From NCBI GenBank assembly GCA_963675785.1, contig OY776562.1, positions 704,001 to 768,000 on the forward strand: a stretch of DNA of 64,000 nucleotides. The letters are read 5' to 3'. This stretch comes from Anaerolineae bacterium. Its GTDB lineage: Bacteria; Chloroflexota; Anaerolineae; UBA1429. A model generated the notes under the pieces. It had not been told where the DNA came from and did no database searches. It saw nothing but the letters and a program-made list of their open reading frames with translations. Below, piece by piece: positions 19,430-28,911 of this stretch (the first letter of the stretch is position 1; every line of letters begins with the position of its first letter). The translations under genes were made by a program, and so were the position numbers.

Positions 19430-20536
19430 CTATTTGATATCCGAGGGGATAAGGGAAAAGGAAATCGCATCGTGCGGCGCGTTGTGCAGCCGCAAGCGAT
19501 TGCGCAGTGAGGCTTCATATCGCGCACCAGCGCGTTGTGCTGCGCCTTGGCTGGCCGTATTGCCCTGGGCGGCAATGATCTGGCAGCGCGTCAGTTCCAG
19601 ATATTCAAAGGCATAGGCTGCTGCCAGGCGAATGGCCGTGCTGGCTGCGCCTTGACCGGTCCGGTCACTACGTATCCAGTAGCCCATCTCGGCGTAGCGA
19701 TGCAGTTTGTGGATGCTGAGTGCGCAGTTGCCAACGAATTGCCCGTCACGCGTATCGGTTACTGCAAACGTGTAGCGTGTGCCTGCTTGCCAATCGTCCA
19801 CGCACCGCTGACAATAGTCCGTCGCTTCTTGCAGGGAATAGGCCTCATGACACCAGGGCATCCAGCGCAACAACTCTGGCATTGATTTGCATACGCCCTC
19901 ATAGTGAGTGAGCGCATCGTTCAGGGTGTAGGGGCGCAGTGTAAAGGGTCCTGCGGCAAAAGGAGCGGTTTCCTGGGGAACAAAGGTGGCCGGCTGTCGC
20001 ATCTCACCGGTCAAATCGGTGGAGATAAGCGAAAAGACCACAGCATCATGCAGTTTGCCGTTTATCAACAGGCGATTACGCAGCAGACCTTCTTTGGTGG
20101 CACCAGCGCGTTCGGCGGTACGCTGGCTGCCAATATTCTCAGTGGCTGCCACGATCTCACAGCGTTGCAGGTCAAGTTCATCAAAACCGAATTGAGCGAT
20201 CAGGGGGACAGCAGAACTTGCCGCCCCCTGGCGCATACGGTTGGTGCGCACCCAGTAGCCCAGATTTGCCCAGCCATTCTGCCAGTCGATGTTGTTTAGA
20301 CCAATGCCGCCTACGAACTCGCCCGTATCCACGTCATAGATGACCACAGAATAATCGGTGCGTTCTAGCCGAGCCTGTTCTCTGGCTGCGACCCATTGTT
20401 CGGCATCGGCATAGCCATAGTTTGGTGAACACCATGGCAGCCATTGGCCGACCTCATTGATCGATTCAGTTGCCGCCTCATAGAGCGAGTTCGTATCGCT
20501 GATTTTATAGGGACGAATAGAAAACCTTGTCATCAC
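19430..20536 (-). CDS. tandem two-domain RimJ/RimL-type GNAT acetyltransferase
   Basis: Two homologous halves, each with W(L/M)PWC, (L/M)GYW(V/I)R..R..QGAAS.A, N..SQ..A.RAGA..E..LRNRL. Confidence 0.85.
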   Translation of the reverse strand: MMTRFSIRPYKISDTNSLYEAATESINEVGQWLPWCSPNYGYADAEQWVAAREQARLERTDYSVVIYDVDTGEFVGGIGLNNIDWQNGWANLGYWVRTNRMRQGAASSAVPLIAQFGFDELDLQRCEIVAATENIGSQRTAERAGATKEGLLRNRLLINGKLHDAVVFSLISTDLTGEMRQPATFVPQETAPFAAGPFTLRPYTLNDALTHYEGVCKSMPELLRWMPWCHEAYSLQEATDYCQRCVDDWQAGTRYTFAVTDTRDGQFVGNCALSIHKLHRYAEMGYWIRSDRTGQGAASTAIRLAAAYAFEYLELTRCQIIAAQGNTASQGAAQRAGARYEASLRNRLRLHNAPHDAISFSLIPSDIK

Positions 20537-20544
20537 GTGTTACT

Positions 20545-21996
20545 CTAGTTTGCTTCTTCGATGATCAGATGGTATCCGCCGGTCTCGTATTGCGTTGCAT
20601 CCTCGACCACCACATAGAATATGCCAGTCTGCGGGGCTGTATATTCTAGACTGGCGTTCAGTGCAAACAGACCATAGCCAGAATCGTCATCCCATTCGAT
20701 CTCATTCTCGGTGGCACCCTGATAATCCACGGTTACATAACCATCGATTGCTATCGAGTCCACGGTGATGGTTACTGTCTGACCGCGTTCGAGCGAGAGC
20801 AGAAAGACATCCATATCACCCGGATAATCGATGTTGCCGATCGTATCCGTGCCGGGCACAATCGTTAATACATCGTCAGGATCGTTCAGCGGGATGAGAG
20901 GTACATTTGATTCGAGACTAAAAGTCCCGCTGTCTTCAGTATACTGCTCGACGATCAGGAAATAAGGCCCAGACCAGTCGATGGTGCCTACCAGTGTCTC
21001 AGTACCACGGATGCCCTCATCGGCGGTAACCCCCACATCGCCATAGGAATCTAAAAGAGTCATGGCGACATCATTTCGTCCGTCGACGCTGATCTGTACT
21101 TCGGTGTCCAACGGCTGGTCAATGACATAAGTCTGTGAATCCCAATAGTTGTCGAGCTCGATGGTGTCGCGATAAAGCGATGCACCCGTGAGAATGTTGT
21201 TTCGTGCAGCGAGTCCGGAAGGATCGCCGCCGGCAATCAACGCATCGATGTTATCCACAAGATCCTGAGTGGCGGCTACCAGTGCAAACACATCGGAAAA
21301 GCTAAAGCCCGATATACCGATGATCTGGCCTGAGGAAGAGACGAGTGCTCCACCGCTCTGACCGCCGGCAATAGCTGCATCGGACTGGATATAGGTAATG
21401 CCCTCTTTTTCCCAAAAGCGCAGCAGTGATACAAGCCCTTGGGTTAGGGCGGGCTGTGGGAATGCATCTCCCTCACCGGGGTAACCAATCAGGTAAACCG
21501 TGTCGCCAATCTGTAAATCGTCCAGGTTTGCAAACGAAGCGCCCGGAACGATTGTATCAATGGGACCAATGACAGCCAGGTCCACCATCAAGTCGGTGCC
21601 AACGACGGGTGTGTCAATGTATTCCGAACCATCAGGCAAGACGACGCGGACGGTCTCGAATGGCCAAACGACGTGGGCGTTCGTCACCACATACCCACCT
21701 GCATAGACGATGCCGCTGCCCGTCCCTGTAGGGGTATCAATATAGGCTATAGAAGGTGCAAGATACTGGTAGATTTCTCCAGCAGTAGTCTTCGATTGAA
21801 AAGCAAGGGGTTCGAGAGTCGCTGTGCCGACAACGGCAGTGGCCTTGGTAGGCGTACTAGTGGCAGAAGCCGCAGCACCGGTTTCAAGGGTGGCTTTTGT
21901 CGTCAGTCCATTGGTAGATTCTCCAAGATCGCAACCGCTCAATAATGTGGCCACGGCGACGAGCACCAACAGTACGACAAAGATTTTTTTCTTCAT
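20545..21996 (-). CDS. trypsin-like (S1C) serine protease lipoprotein with C-terminal PPC-like domains
   Basis: Lipobox LLSGC after MKKKIFVVLL; triad motifs TNAHVV, DLAVI, GGQSGGAL. Confidence 0.8.
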   Translation of the reverse strand: MKKKIFVVLLVLVAVATLLSGCDLGESTNGLTTKATLETGAAASATSTPTKATAVVGTATLEPLAFQSKTTAGEIYQYLAPSIAYIDTPTGTGSGIVYAGGYVVTNAHVVWPFETVRVVLPDGSEYIDTPVVGTDLMVDLAVIGPIDTIVPGASFANLDDLQIGDTVYLIGYPGEGDAFPQPALTQGLVSLLRFWEKEGITYIQSDAAIAGGQSGGALVSSSGQIIGISGFSFSDVFALVAATQDLVDNIDALIAGGDPSGLAARNNILTGASLYRDTIELDNYWDSQTYVIDQPLDTEVQISVDGRNDVAMTLLDSYGDVGVTADEGIRGTETLVGTIDWSGPYFLIVEQYTEDSGTFSLESNVPLIPLNDPDDVLTIVPGTDTIGNIDYPGDMDVFLLSLERGQTVTITVDSIAIDGYVTVDYQGATENEIEWDDDSGYGLFALNASLEYTAPQTGIFYVVVEDATQYETGGYHLIIEEAN

Positions 21997-22012
21997 AGGG
22001 CCTCCGAGTTCT

Positions 22013-23215
22013 CTAGCCGTTAACGGCATAGAGATTGGCTATTGCCAGTGCAGGCGCATCGGTGGATTCAAAGTCGATCCACACCTTGGCTGTTCTGACG
22101 GGCGGAAAGTGGCAGATGCGGCGTATGCCGATGTGATTGCCTTCAGTGAGCGTGATAGGCATATGTGAGTTGAGCGACTCGCAATAAATTGCAAAGTGTT
22201 TGACGTGTTCGCCCAATGCCACATCCTCGCTGAGAAAAACGCGGTCTACCAGGGCGGGGGTAGGCAATTCCCAAGAGAGCTTTTTTGCCGAGGAGAGTGC
22301 ATCAGAGATGCAGGACAGCGGATGCCCGTATTGTCGCGTTATCTCTTGGCCAAAAGCGACGAGTCTTTGCGAGTCGGCTTCTGGCAACAGACCACGACGA
22401 TCGGGTCCGATGTTGAGCAAGAGGTTGCATCCTCGTCCACAGGAGAGCTGATAGATTCCCATGAGCTCTTTTACCGATTTAATAGTATTTACGTCCTCGT
22501 CGCTGTAGAACCAATTGTGCTCGCGCATTCGCATGTCGCATTCGGCAGGTAGCCATACCTGTCGTCCATCCCGGGTTGTTATAGAGCTAATGTCCAGAGG
22601 TGCCAAACCATCCTCGTTGCCAACCCAGCGAAAATCAGGATCACCCTGTTCGAATAACAAAATATCGGGCTGCATACGCCGTATTTCGCCAACAATGCGT
22701 TTCCAATCATAGGTATGTTCTTCAGAGCCGCAGCCATCGAACCAGAGAATGTCGATTGGGCCATAGGGCTCTAATAGCTCCGCTACCTGAGTGATGAAAT
22801 AGTCATCATAGGCAGTGGGGTTGTCGTAAACCGGGCAAGATGCATCGTAAGGCGAATAATAAAGGCCAAAGGCCAGACCGTGCTTTCTGCAAGCCTGCAC
22901 AAACTCACGCACCACATCCCCTTGTCCATTGCGCCAGGGGCTGCTGGCTACGCTAAAATGAGTAGTCGCTGAGGGCCATAGGGCAAAGCCATCATGATGC
23001 TTGGCCGTCATCACTACATACCGGAACCCTGCTTTTTTGATGGTACGGGCCCATTGTTCGCAGTCCAGCGCTTGCGGATCAAAACGTGTAGGGTCCATGG
23101 CGCGCGGGTCAAAATCTACCCAGCCTTCATAGAATGTGCGCAGACCAAAATGCAAAAAGACCCCACGTTCCCAGAGCTGGTATTCTAGTTGACGCGCCGA
23201 TGGCGTGGCGTTCAT
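22013..23215 (-). CDS. alpha-L-fucosidase, GH29
   Basis: FLHFG, TAKHHDGFALWPS, WFDG, RWVGNEDG, LLLNIGPDRRG. Confidence 0.9.
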   Translation of the reverse strand: MNATPSARQLEYQLWERGVFLHFGLRTFYEGWVDFDPRAMDPTRFDPQALDCEQWARTIKKAGFRYVVMTAKHHDGFALWPSATTHFSVASSPWRNGQGDVVREFVQACRKHGLAFGLYYSPYDASCPVYDNPTAYDDYFITQVAELLEPYGPIDILWFDGCGSEEHTYDWKRIVGEIRRMQPDILLFEQGDPDFRWVGNEDGLAPLDISSITTRDGRQVWLPAECDMRMREHNWFYSDEDVNTIKSVKELMGIYQLSCGRGCNLLLNIGPDRRGLLPEADSQRLVAFGQEITRQYGHPLSCISDALSSAKKLSWELPTPALVDRVFLSEDVALGEHVKHFAIYCESLNSHMPITLTEGNHIGIRRICHFPPVRTAKVWIDFESTDAPALAIANLYAVNG

Positions 23216-23233
23216 GGTAACCTCCGAGCTGGA

Positions 23234-23848
23234 TTAGCTCTGCAGATGGTAGACGATCAATGCAATAACGACGATGATAATGATCCAGATTGCCGCTTGA
23301 CGGATGACTGCTCTAGTATCTCGCCTGACCTGTTTCTTATTCAGTACGTGCTGAGATACAAGCGTGACAAATCGATTCCAATCCGCTTCAGAGTGAAAAA
23401 GACTGCGTGTCAAGATAGAAAAAGCCGTTCGATTTTGGTACAAAAGCACCGAGTTTTCGGTCGACTTGAAATAAATAACTTCTTCCCAGGGCAGTTTTTC
23501 CTCTTGCTCCTGATCGTAAAAACTGATCATTGTCTCATTGACGCGACCTCTAATAGTCTGCCCCAAAGCCGAATTCTTTCTCCATTGCTGGCTGGTGATG
23601 AATTGAGGCAGCCACAGGTGGGTATTGATCATGGCGACAAAAAAGAGGATGCCTATGCCATTGGGCCATAGATCGGGATTTGTAAAGACGGAGACCAATG
23701 CAAAAATCACAAAAAGTATACCGGCGCCGAGGCGGATCTGTTGCCCTAATGCCGATGGCATGTAATGCTGGCGCACGCCTTCTTCGTATTCTTCTCGATC
23801 TATTATGCCGCTGTAGACAATTTCTTCAGAATCTGGATTGGAGGCCAT
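23234..23848 (-). CDS. YcxB-like membrane protein
   Basis: Two N-terminal TM helices, then W..V...K......LY....F.I.....F......F as in the YcxB domain; C-terminal TM. Confidence 0.6.
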   Translation of the reverse strand: MASNPDSEEIVYSGIIDREEYEEGVRQHYMPSALGQQIRLGAGILFVIFALVSVFTNPDLWPNGIGILFFVAMINTHLWLPQFITSQQWRKNSALGQTIRGRVNETMISFYDQEQEEKLPWEEVIYFKSTENSVLLYQNRTAFSILTRSLFHSEADWNRFVTLVSQHVLNKKQVRRDTRAVIRQAAIWIIIIVVIALIVYHLQS

Positions 23849-23875
23849 TTCCCCTCTTCCATTCGTTAGTTTGAT

Positions 23876-24640
23876 TTATTTCAGAGGTATTGGAATGAGC
23901 GTTTCATCCACAACATAGCTCAATTCGAGTTCTCCATAAACCCATACAGTATCTCCCAAGGTGGTATCTTCCCAGGTGATGGACTCTGGCAAACTGCTGT
24001 TGAGAGGGAACCAAAGGTCAACCTGAATGGTATCGTCGGCATCTCCTTGCAAATTCGGTAGCATATCTCCGGTGCCTATGAGCGTATACTGCGTCATCTC
24101 TGTGTTGTCATGGAGGGCCGTACCTTGCAGGGTAGCTACACCAGAGAGGCAGGGGCCGAAAATGAGCTCTTGATTGAAATTGTCGGTTTCAAAACAGGCG
24201 GTTGGCCAAGTTACCAGGCCGTCAGCTCGCTCATCCCAGGCACCATTGGCAGTTGTTCGTTGCCAAATCTTGCCGTCGCGTTCCACCATCTCCAAATAGG
24301 TTAACTCTTGCCCACTGGCATGTGTAATGAGTTGCACATAGTGTGCATCGCTGGCTGCAATCTCTTCCAAGCGGGTGATCGTTGTGCTTTCGCCCATACT
24401 CAGAACAACAATACCCTGTGCGCTATGCTCAATCGCTGCGATGGATGCCAGCAGCTCTTTAGTATCGATTTCACTCTGGGAAGCACTGGAATCGGATAGC
24501 GAAAACGCAGGGTTCAGTTCACTTGGCTCTAGCAGGCCTCGACCATCCAGAACATTCATGAGCACAGCAAGGATGATCGCCAGAACGGCGAGTGCAAGTA
24601 ACCCCAGAATAATTATGCGTGTACCTGCCTGATCTGTCAT
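23876..24640 (-). CDS. hypothetical membrane-anchored protein
   Basis: N-terminal TM helix and acidic extracellular domain; co-oriented with neighbours; RBS present. Confidence 0.6.
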   Translation of the reverse strand: MTDQAGTRIIILGLLALAVLAIILAVLMNVLDGRGLLEPSELNPAFSLSDSSASQSEIDTKELLASIAAIEHSAQGIVVLSMGESTTITRLEEIAASDAHYVQLITHASGQELTYLEMVERDGKIWQRTTANGAWDERADGLVTWPTACFETDNFNQELIFGPCLSGVATLQGTALHDNTEMTQYTLIGTGDMLPNLQGDADDTIQVDLWFPLNSSLPESITWEDTTLGDTVWVYGELELSYVVDETLIPIPLK

Positions 24641-24704
24641 TCAAGTACCCCTTTTCGATGATAGTGCCGTGGCTTGCACGTGTCAACGGGAAATGTCGAT
24701 GCCT

Positions 24705-24733
24705 TTGCACTCACCCTGGCACAAGGGTAGAAT
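24705..24733 (+). promoter_or_regulatory. sigma70-like promoter
   Basis: TTGCAC-N17-TAGAAT. Confidence 0.5.
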
Positions 24734-24758
24734 GTATATTATACCGTGGAGGTCGAAT

Positions 24759-25160
24759 ATGGACGAAAAGAACATACTTGAATCGTGCCAGGCAAGGGCG
24801 ACTACGGATGGTTTCCTCGCCTGTGCCGTTGCACATGATCTAGCCCAGGAGATCGGCGTTAGCCCGCTGGAGCTTGGACAGGTTGTCAACAATGCCTCTA
24901 CGCTTCGCTTCTATCGCTGCCAGCTAGGATTGTTTGGGTATGGAAAAAAGAGCAAAGGAACCCATCGCATCATTGTGCCCGCAGCCTATATTCCACCTGA
25001 CTTGCGTCAGGCCATCTTAGATGAACTTGTGGATGGTCGTATCTCTTGCCTGAGCATTTGGCACATAGCGGATCGTTTTGTCTATCCGCGTCTGCAAGTA
25101 GCCAATATTGTGGAGGCGATGCAAATCTCCATCAAACCTTGTCAACTGGGATGTTTCTAG
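24759..25160 (+). CDS. conserved hypothetical protein with a duplicated Cys-containing domain
   Basis: GGAGG RBS before MDEKN; two repeats, LACAVAHDLA..CQLGLF and ISCLSIWHIA..CQLGCF. Confidence 0.7.
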   Translation: MDEKNILESCQARATTDGFLACAVAHDLAQEIGVSPLELGQVVNNASTLRFYRCQLGLFGYGKKSKGTHRIIVPAAYIPPDLRQAILDELVDGRISCLSIWHIADRFVYPRLQVANIVEAMQISIKPCQLGCF

Positions 25161-25161
25161 A

Positions 25162-25190
25162 TTGACAGGCACTTGCGCCGGTGTTAATAT
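25162..25190 (+). promoter_or_regulatory. sigma70-like promoter with extended -10
   Basis: TTGACA-N17-TAATAT, preceded by TGn. Confidence 0.6.
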
Positions 25191-25217
25191 CGCGCGGATA
25201 ATAGCAGGAGGCCATCT

Positions 25218-25523
25218 ATGGGGCAGCTTATACCCGGTGAGCACCCGCGTTTTGTAAAATCAGGGTTTGGTAAAAGTGGGCACAGCCTGGAGGGTTTGCC
25301 CCATATGTTGTTGACCAAACGACTTGAAGAACAACTCGATCTGGTCGATGATCAACTCTTTAGGCAGCTCTATAGCTTTTCAACTAGATCAGATACTGCT
25401 TCTTTGCCGTTTTCCCGTTCCGCCATGACCGCGGATGACTGGGATGATTTGATCATGTTAGGTTATCTTGTGGCGCAGCGTGAGGCTATCGTCAGCGCGT
25501 TGCAGGGGGTCTTGGAGGGGTAG
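25218..25523 (+). CDS. hypothetical protein
   Basis: AGGAGG RBS; first gene of the run leading into the M42 genes. Confidence 0.6.
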   Translation: MGQLIPGEHPRFVKSGFGKSGHSLEGLPHMLLTKRLEEQLDLVDDQLFRQLYSFSTRSDTASLPFSRSAMTADDWDDLIMLGYLVAQREAIVSALQGVLEG

Positions 25524-25529
25524 CGCATT

Positions 25530-25748
25530 ATGGGTGAAAGGCGCAGATCACAGAGAAATGCTGATGGGCACCGCCTGCGTTCGGCGGCGCTTTTCATCGG
25601 TGTAACCCTCATTTTGTTGCTATATGCACTGGGTGCCCTTGGCCTTTATATCCGTAAGCATTACATGTTCGAGGGGATAGGGAACATGGCGGTTGTGCAG
25701 CAATATGCTTACCCCGATGATGTAACCTACAGTGTGATAATTCGCTGA
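25530..25748 (+). CDS. small single-pass membrane protein
   Basis: Basic N-terminus plus one TM helix; GGAGG RBS; tight operon spacing. Confidence 0.55.
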   Translation: MGERRRSQRNADGHRLRSAALFIGVTLILLLYALGALGLYIRKHYMFEGIGNMAVVQQYAYPDDVTYSVIIR

Positions 25749-25761
25749 GAGGAGCGATTGC

Positions 25762-26823
25762 ATGGATACAGCAGCTTTGCTGCAAGAGTTTTCAGATGCT
25801 CACGGCGTCTCTGGTTATGAGGATGCCCCTAGGGCCATCGCCCAGCGGGTTCTTGAACCCCTGGTGGATTCAATGCGTGTGGACGCCCTCGGCAACCTGA
25901 TTACCTTTAAAAAGGGTACAGGCGATGCCAATGGCAAACACCGCACCATGATGCTTGCGGCCCACATGGACGAAATCGGCATGATGGTAACGGGTTATTC
26001 TGGCGGTTTTTTGCGCGTATTCCGCGTAGGCGGCTCAGACCCTCGCACGCTGGTCGGCCAAGAAGTGGTGGTGCATGGCGTTCGCGATTTCCCCGGTGTT
26101 ATCGCCAGTCGTCCGCCCCATGTGCTTTCTGCCGAGGACCGCAAAAAGACGCCCGATTGGAATGATCTCTATATTGATATCGGCGCCACAGCCGATGAGA
26201 TTGAGGGACTTGTGACCATCGGCGATACCATCACCCTGCGTTCGTCCTTCGTCAAGCTAAGCGGCGGTTATGCTGCAGGCAAGGCCATGGATGACCGTGC
26301 TAGCGTGGTGACGATTGCCCTCTGTATGCAAGAGCTTGCGGGTGTGACTCACGAATGGGACATAGCCGCTGTAGCCACCACGCAAGAAGAAGTGGGACTC
26401 CGTGGCGCTATCGTGAGCGCTTTTGGCGTTGCACCGGATGCGGCTATCGCTATCGACGTGGGTTTTGGCGCTCAGGTGGGCGTTGATCCCAATATCAGCA
26501 TCAAGATGGATGGTGGGCCTTGCCTGTCGATCGGTCCCAATTTCCATCCAACCATGTATCAGGGTCTCATAGATGTCGCCCAAAAGCGCGAGATCAAAAT
26601 ACAGAGCGAAGTCATCCCCGGAGCCAGCGGTACCGATGCTTGGGGTATCCAGATAGCTCGCGAGGGTGTACCTACCGCGTTGCTTGGCTTGCCCCTGCGC
26701 TACATGCACTCTAGTGTCGAGACTGTTGCCATTGCCGATGTCGAGCGCACTGGGCGTCTGATGGCGGCGTTCATCCAGTCGCTCAAGGGCGATATTGAGC
26801 TCGACGCGCAGGCAAAGGAGTAA
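25762..26823 (+). CDS. M42 family metallo-aminopeptidase (TET-like) 1
   Basis: AHMDEIG, MDDR, QEEVGLRGA, IDV, GTDA, RYMHS. Confidence 0.9.
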   Translation: MDTAALLQEFSDAHGVSGYEDAPRAIAQRVLEPLVDSMRVDALGNLITFKKGTGDANGKHRTMMLAAHMDEIGMMVTGYSGGFLRVFRVGGSDPRTLVGQEVVVHGVRDFPGVIASRPPHVLSAEDRKKTPDWNDLYIDIGATADEIEGLVTIGDTITLRSSFVKLSGGYAAGKAMDDRASVVTIALCMQELAGVTHEWDIAAVATTQEEVGLRGAIVSAFGVAPDAAIAIDVGFGAQVGVDPNISIKMDGGPCLSIGPNFHPTMYQGLIDVAQKREIKIQSEVIPGASGTDAWGIQIAREGVPTALLGLPLRYMHSSVETVAIADVERTGRLMAAFIQSLKGDIELDAQAKE

Positions 26824-26827
26824 TAAC

Positions 26828-27868
26828 GTGCTGCTAGAAAAAATCTCGAATGCCCGCGGCGTATCGGGCAATGAAAAAGGGGTACGCCAGGTACTGCGCG
26901 AGGCTGTGGCCGAGTATTGCGATGACATAAAAGTGGATGCCCTCGGCAACCTCATCTGCTACAAAAAGGCTCGCACGGCCACCACCGACAAGCCACTTCG
27001 CCTCATGGTCTCGGCGCACATGGATGAAGTCGGCCTCATCGTAACGGGTTTTAACGGCGATGGCACCCTGCGCTTTGGCTGTGTAGGCGGCATCGATGGC
27101 CGCGTGTTGGTGGCTCGCACCGTGTTGATTGGCGATACAGAGGTGCCCGGCGTTATTGGCTGCTCACCTATTCACTTGGTGCCTGCCGAAGCGCGCACCA
27201 AGGCCGTAGATGCAGACAAGCTGGTGATCGACATCGGGGCTACTGACGAGGCTTCAGCCCGTAAATTGGTCAGCTTGGGCGATTATGCCTGTTTTGCCGT
27301 TACCTACGAGCCCTTGCTCGATGGTCAATTGCGGGCCGTCAAAGGCAAGGCCTTTGACGATCGCGCTGGTTGCACCGTCTTGGTCGAACTACTCAAAGAG
27401 GACTTGCCCGTCGATCTCTACGCTTGCTTCACCTCTCAAGAAGAGGTCGGTTTGCGTGGCGCTAGGGTAGCGGCTTATGCCGTCGATCCCGATGCGGCCA
27501 TCGCTCTCGAGGGCACCATCTGTGATGATCTGCCCAAGGAACAAGACAAGACGCCCGTTACCGAGGTGGGCAAGGGACCGGCAATTACCTTTATGGATCG
27601 CTCCTTTATTGCTGATCAGCGTTTGGTCAAACTGTTGACCAGTACAGCAAAAGCTGAGGGCATTCCTTGCCAGTTCAAGCGGGCCGCGGCTGGTGGCACC
27701 GATGCTGGCGCTATCCATCTGGCGCGTGAGGGTGTTCCTTCGGTAACTGTTGCTGTGCCCTGTCGCTATATTCACGCTCCGGCGAGCGTACTCAGTTTGA
27801 ATGACTTGGAAAACACCGTCCAGCTCCTGGCTGCGGCGATCAAGAGAATGAACGGAGGCCTGGCATGA
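26828..27868 (+). CDS. M42 family metallo-aminopeptidase 2
   Basis: AHMDEVG, FDDR, QEEVGLRGA, LEG, GTDA, RYIH. GTG start after AAGGAG. Confidence 0.9.
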   Translation: MLLEKISNARGVSGNEKGVRQVLREAVAEYCDDIKVDALGNLICYKKARTATTDKPLRLMVSAHMDEVGLIVTGFNGDGTLRFGCVGGIDGRVLVARTVLIGDTEVPGVIGCSPIHLVPAEARTKAVDADKLVIDIGATDEASARKLVSLGDYACFAVTYEPLLDGQLRAVKGKAFDDRAGCTVLVELLKEDLPVDLYACFTSQEEVGLRGARVAAYAVDPDAAIALEGTICDDLPKEQDKTPVTEVGKGPAITFMDRSFIADQRLVKLLTSTAKAEGIPCQFKRAAAGGTDAGAIHLAREGVPSVTVAVPCRYIHAPASVLSLNDLENTVQLLAAAIKRMNGGLA

Positions 27869-28860
27869 AAGAAATGATCAAGGAGCTGGTCAGCGCTTAT
27901 GGTCCCTCGGGCAACGAGGGACAGGTGAGGGCTATTATTGAGAGCCTCGCCGTCAAGGCGACCGATGATATCCGTACCGACAGCATGGGCAACTTGATTG
28001 TCCTGAAAAAAGGTACCGGTGGCGGCAAGCGTGTTATGGTGGCTGCCCATATGGACGAGATCGGCCTGGTGGTTTCCTATATCGACAAAAATGGGTTTGC
28101 GCGAGTGAACCCTGTGGGTGGCGTACGTATCCCCAGCATTATGGGTACCCTGGCCCGCTTTGCCGATGGCACCGTGGCGACCATTAACCGCGAAAAAGCC
28201 ATGACCAAGGGCAACGAAGTAGCCACCTGGGATGAGATATTTCTTGATTTTGGCGTAGATAGCGCTGAGGATTGCCCCGTGGGCATCGGCGATATGGCCT
28301 GTCTCGATTGCGCCTATGCAGATTTGGGCAAGCGCTTGGTTGGCAAGGCCATGGACGATCGCATTAGTTGCGCCGTCGAACTTCAAGCCCTGTTGGAAAT
28401 GGGCGAGTCCCCCAACGACATCTACTTTGTCTTTACTGTGCAGGAAGAAGTGGGTACTCGTGGCGCTATGGTTTCGGCCTTTGGCGTCGAGCCGGATCTG
28501 GGCATCGCGATCGATGTAACGCTCTCTGGCGATACGCCAGAAGATGATCCCTTTGCGGTTGTTTTGGGCAAGGGCCCGGCTATCAAGGTGATGGATTCTG
28601 GTTCTATTGCTCATCCGGGTGTCAAGAATTGGATGATCAAGGGGGCTCAGGAAATGGAGCTGCCTTACCAGCTCGAAGTACTAAAGTTTGGCGGCACCGA
28701 CGCTCGCGCTATCCAGATGTCACGCGGTGGCGTGCCCTCTGGTTGTATCTCTGTCCCTACTCGCTATGTACACACCTCGGTCGAGATGGTAGACATGGAC
28801 GATGTGGAGAACTCGGTCAAGCTGCTCAAGGGCCTGCTGAGCAAGCCCATCGCCTTCTAA
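27865..28860 (+). CDS. M42 family metallo-aminopeptidase 3
   Basis: AHMDEIG, MDDR, QEEVGTRGA, IDV, GTDA, RYVH; ATGA overlap with the previous gene. Confidence 0.9.
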   Translation: MKEMIKELVSAYGPSGNEGQVRAIIESLAVKATDDIRTDSMGNLIVLKKGTGGGKRVMVAAHMDEIGLVVSYIDKNGFARVNPVGGVRIPSIMGTLARFADGTVATINREKAMTKGNEVATWDEIFLDFGVDSAEDCPVGIGDMACLDCAYADLGKRLVGKAMDDRISCAVELQALLEMGESPNDIYFVFTVQEEVGTRGAMVSAFGVEPDLGIAIDVTLSGDTPEDDPFAVVLGKGPAIKVMDSGSIAHPGVKNWMIKGAQEMELPYQLEVLKFGGTDARAIQMSRGGVPSGCISVPTRYVHTSVEMVDMDDVENSVKLLKGLLSKPIAF

Positions 28861-28870
28861 AATCAAAGAG

Positions 28871-28906
28871 TAGAGCGCCTGCAGGATTCATTCTGCAGGC
28901 GCTCTA
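28871..28906. terminator. hairpin between convergent genes
   Basis: TAGAGCGCCTGCAG..CTGCAGGCGCTCTA, perfect 14-bp stem. Confidence 0.75.
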
Positions 28907-28911
28907 TTGTT

